A DNA stretch of 51,329 bases, counting the filler, from Catajapyx aquilonaris (lineage: Eukaryota), in assembly GCA_000934665.2 (NCBI GenBank). It is 2 parts of 2 records of this genome, joined end to end, with 100 filler letters (N's around TTAATTAATTAA, not from the genome) between each part and the next. Parts side by side here need not be neighbours in the genome. Positions count along the whole stretch, not along the records: positions 25,709 to 51,329 come from JYFJ02005331.1; 1 more part is not named here. One strand, written 5' to 3'. The notes below the pieces were generated by a model. The model did not search any database, was not told the DNA's origin, and worked only from the letters and a program-made list of their open reading frames with translations. A program made the translations under genes and the position numbers. Numbering within the stretch: the first letter of the stretch is position 1; every line of letters begins with the position of its first letter. Shown piece after piece: positions 50,397-51,329 of the stretch.

Positions 50397-50720
50397 AATA
50401 ATAGGGGTTAGTGCACCGCCCATTGATGGGCATGGTATACGTTTATTTGCTTTTAGGTGTACAGCTACATTTGTGGTCCTTTTCCGTAACGTGATAGGGG
50501 ATGACAGGAGGGGATGTGCAAAGTGCAAGTGCAATGTCTCAATAGTGGCTTATTTTGTGAACTCCCCCGGGTGGATTAGTCTGTCGGAAATTCCACCCGA
50601 GACGAAGCCAGAGACGACGCAACTCTGCACGAGATGACGGGGGGAACTCCGGGCTGGGATCGAACCCGGGACCTTAACATCAGTGGGTGCATACGTTACC
50701 GCAGAGCCACTTCGCCTCCC
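50323..50720 (-). mobile_element. tRNA-derived SINE with (ATC)n tail
   Basis: Minus strand: A-box-like GTGGCTCTGCGGT, B-box GGTTCGATCC (about 50657-50666) at tRNA-like spacing, unrelated body of about 250 bp, then about 25 ATC repeats (50323-50396). Confidence 0.75.
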
Positions 50721-51329
50721 TTCACTCGGTGCATACATATACAAAACATATCGGAGTATAACAAAACATGGCACCAAGCACAATGTCGAATCAAGCGAAT
50801 TAATTGCTTTGTACCAGGCGATCGTCACATTTCGAGTCTTGCCACGGCAAGTTGGAATATCCTTTATTATAGTCATTGGATATCTCAAAAACGGTGAGTC
50901 GTGTACCTTTCGGTCCCAATCGGTTCCAAGTAATATTTCTTGGACAGTCATCTCCTATACCACATAATTATATCATTTTGGCCGATTTTGGCAGATGAGT
51001 TCATGAACGTGATATAATCGTATAGGAATATTCAACCTGATTTCGAAAGGATTCGAACCTTCATTCTTTGTGCTTTTACGTCAATATAAAGATCTGAAAC
51101 TGGCAAATGATGATACAGTTTTGTAGAAAAGACAGTCAATAAAACTCATTAAAAACATTGCGAGAGTTAGTACTTCTAGACACCAGGCAACATAGGCAAT
51201 AAATTTCTGAGGGCAATATACTGTAAGAATTTTAAGTTTCGATTGATTTCATCCTATTCATATTGCATAATATAATTAACCTCTTCCCACGACCAAATGT
51301 TTTTGTATCCGTGTCTCATTAAGCTTGGC

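Noticed and set aside
50215..50637. Poly-Met / poly-Ile ORFs
   Set aside because: Translations of the (ATG/CAT)n SINE tail.
50640..50720. tRNA gene
   Set aside because: A/B boxes are present but I could not fold a convincing acceptor stem, and it continues into a body and simple-repeat tail; called SINE.

Overview
Eukaryotic (animal, arthropod-like) genomic DNA with many short GT-AG introns of about 55-75 bp; the ORF track is mostly exon fragments. Left half (1-25608) is gene-dense: last exon of UBXN7 (+), TEX264 (+), an LRR protein with a BC-box-like N-terminus (-), a Patched/NPC1-family sterol-sensing-domain protein (+), TIMM29 (-) and YIPF1/2 (+, runs into a gap). Nearly the whole ADAT3/Tad3 coding sequence sits as one exon on the same strand inside YIPF intron 3. 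A 100-bp artificial spacer (44N-TTAATTAATTAA-44N) separates this from the right half, which holds an Sp6-9 (Sp8/9-like) zinc-finger gene in a long non-coding tract. Many MITEs (Tc1/mariner-, hAT-, PIF/Harbinger-, piggyBac- and pogo-like), a tRNA-derived SINE and satellites are present. Two best leads: (1) the ADAT3 exon has no ATG upstream of its conserved N-terminus but begins at a phase-0 acceptor compatible with YIPF exons 1 and 3, suggesting one transcription unit makes two unrelated proteins; (2) an inverted, 75%-identical copy of the Sp finger-3 coding sequence 1.1 kb downstream could be an RNA-editing complementary sequence or part of a small antisense spliced gene. All family calls come from recalled motifs and manual splicing, not database searches.
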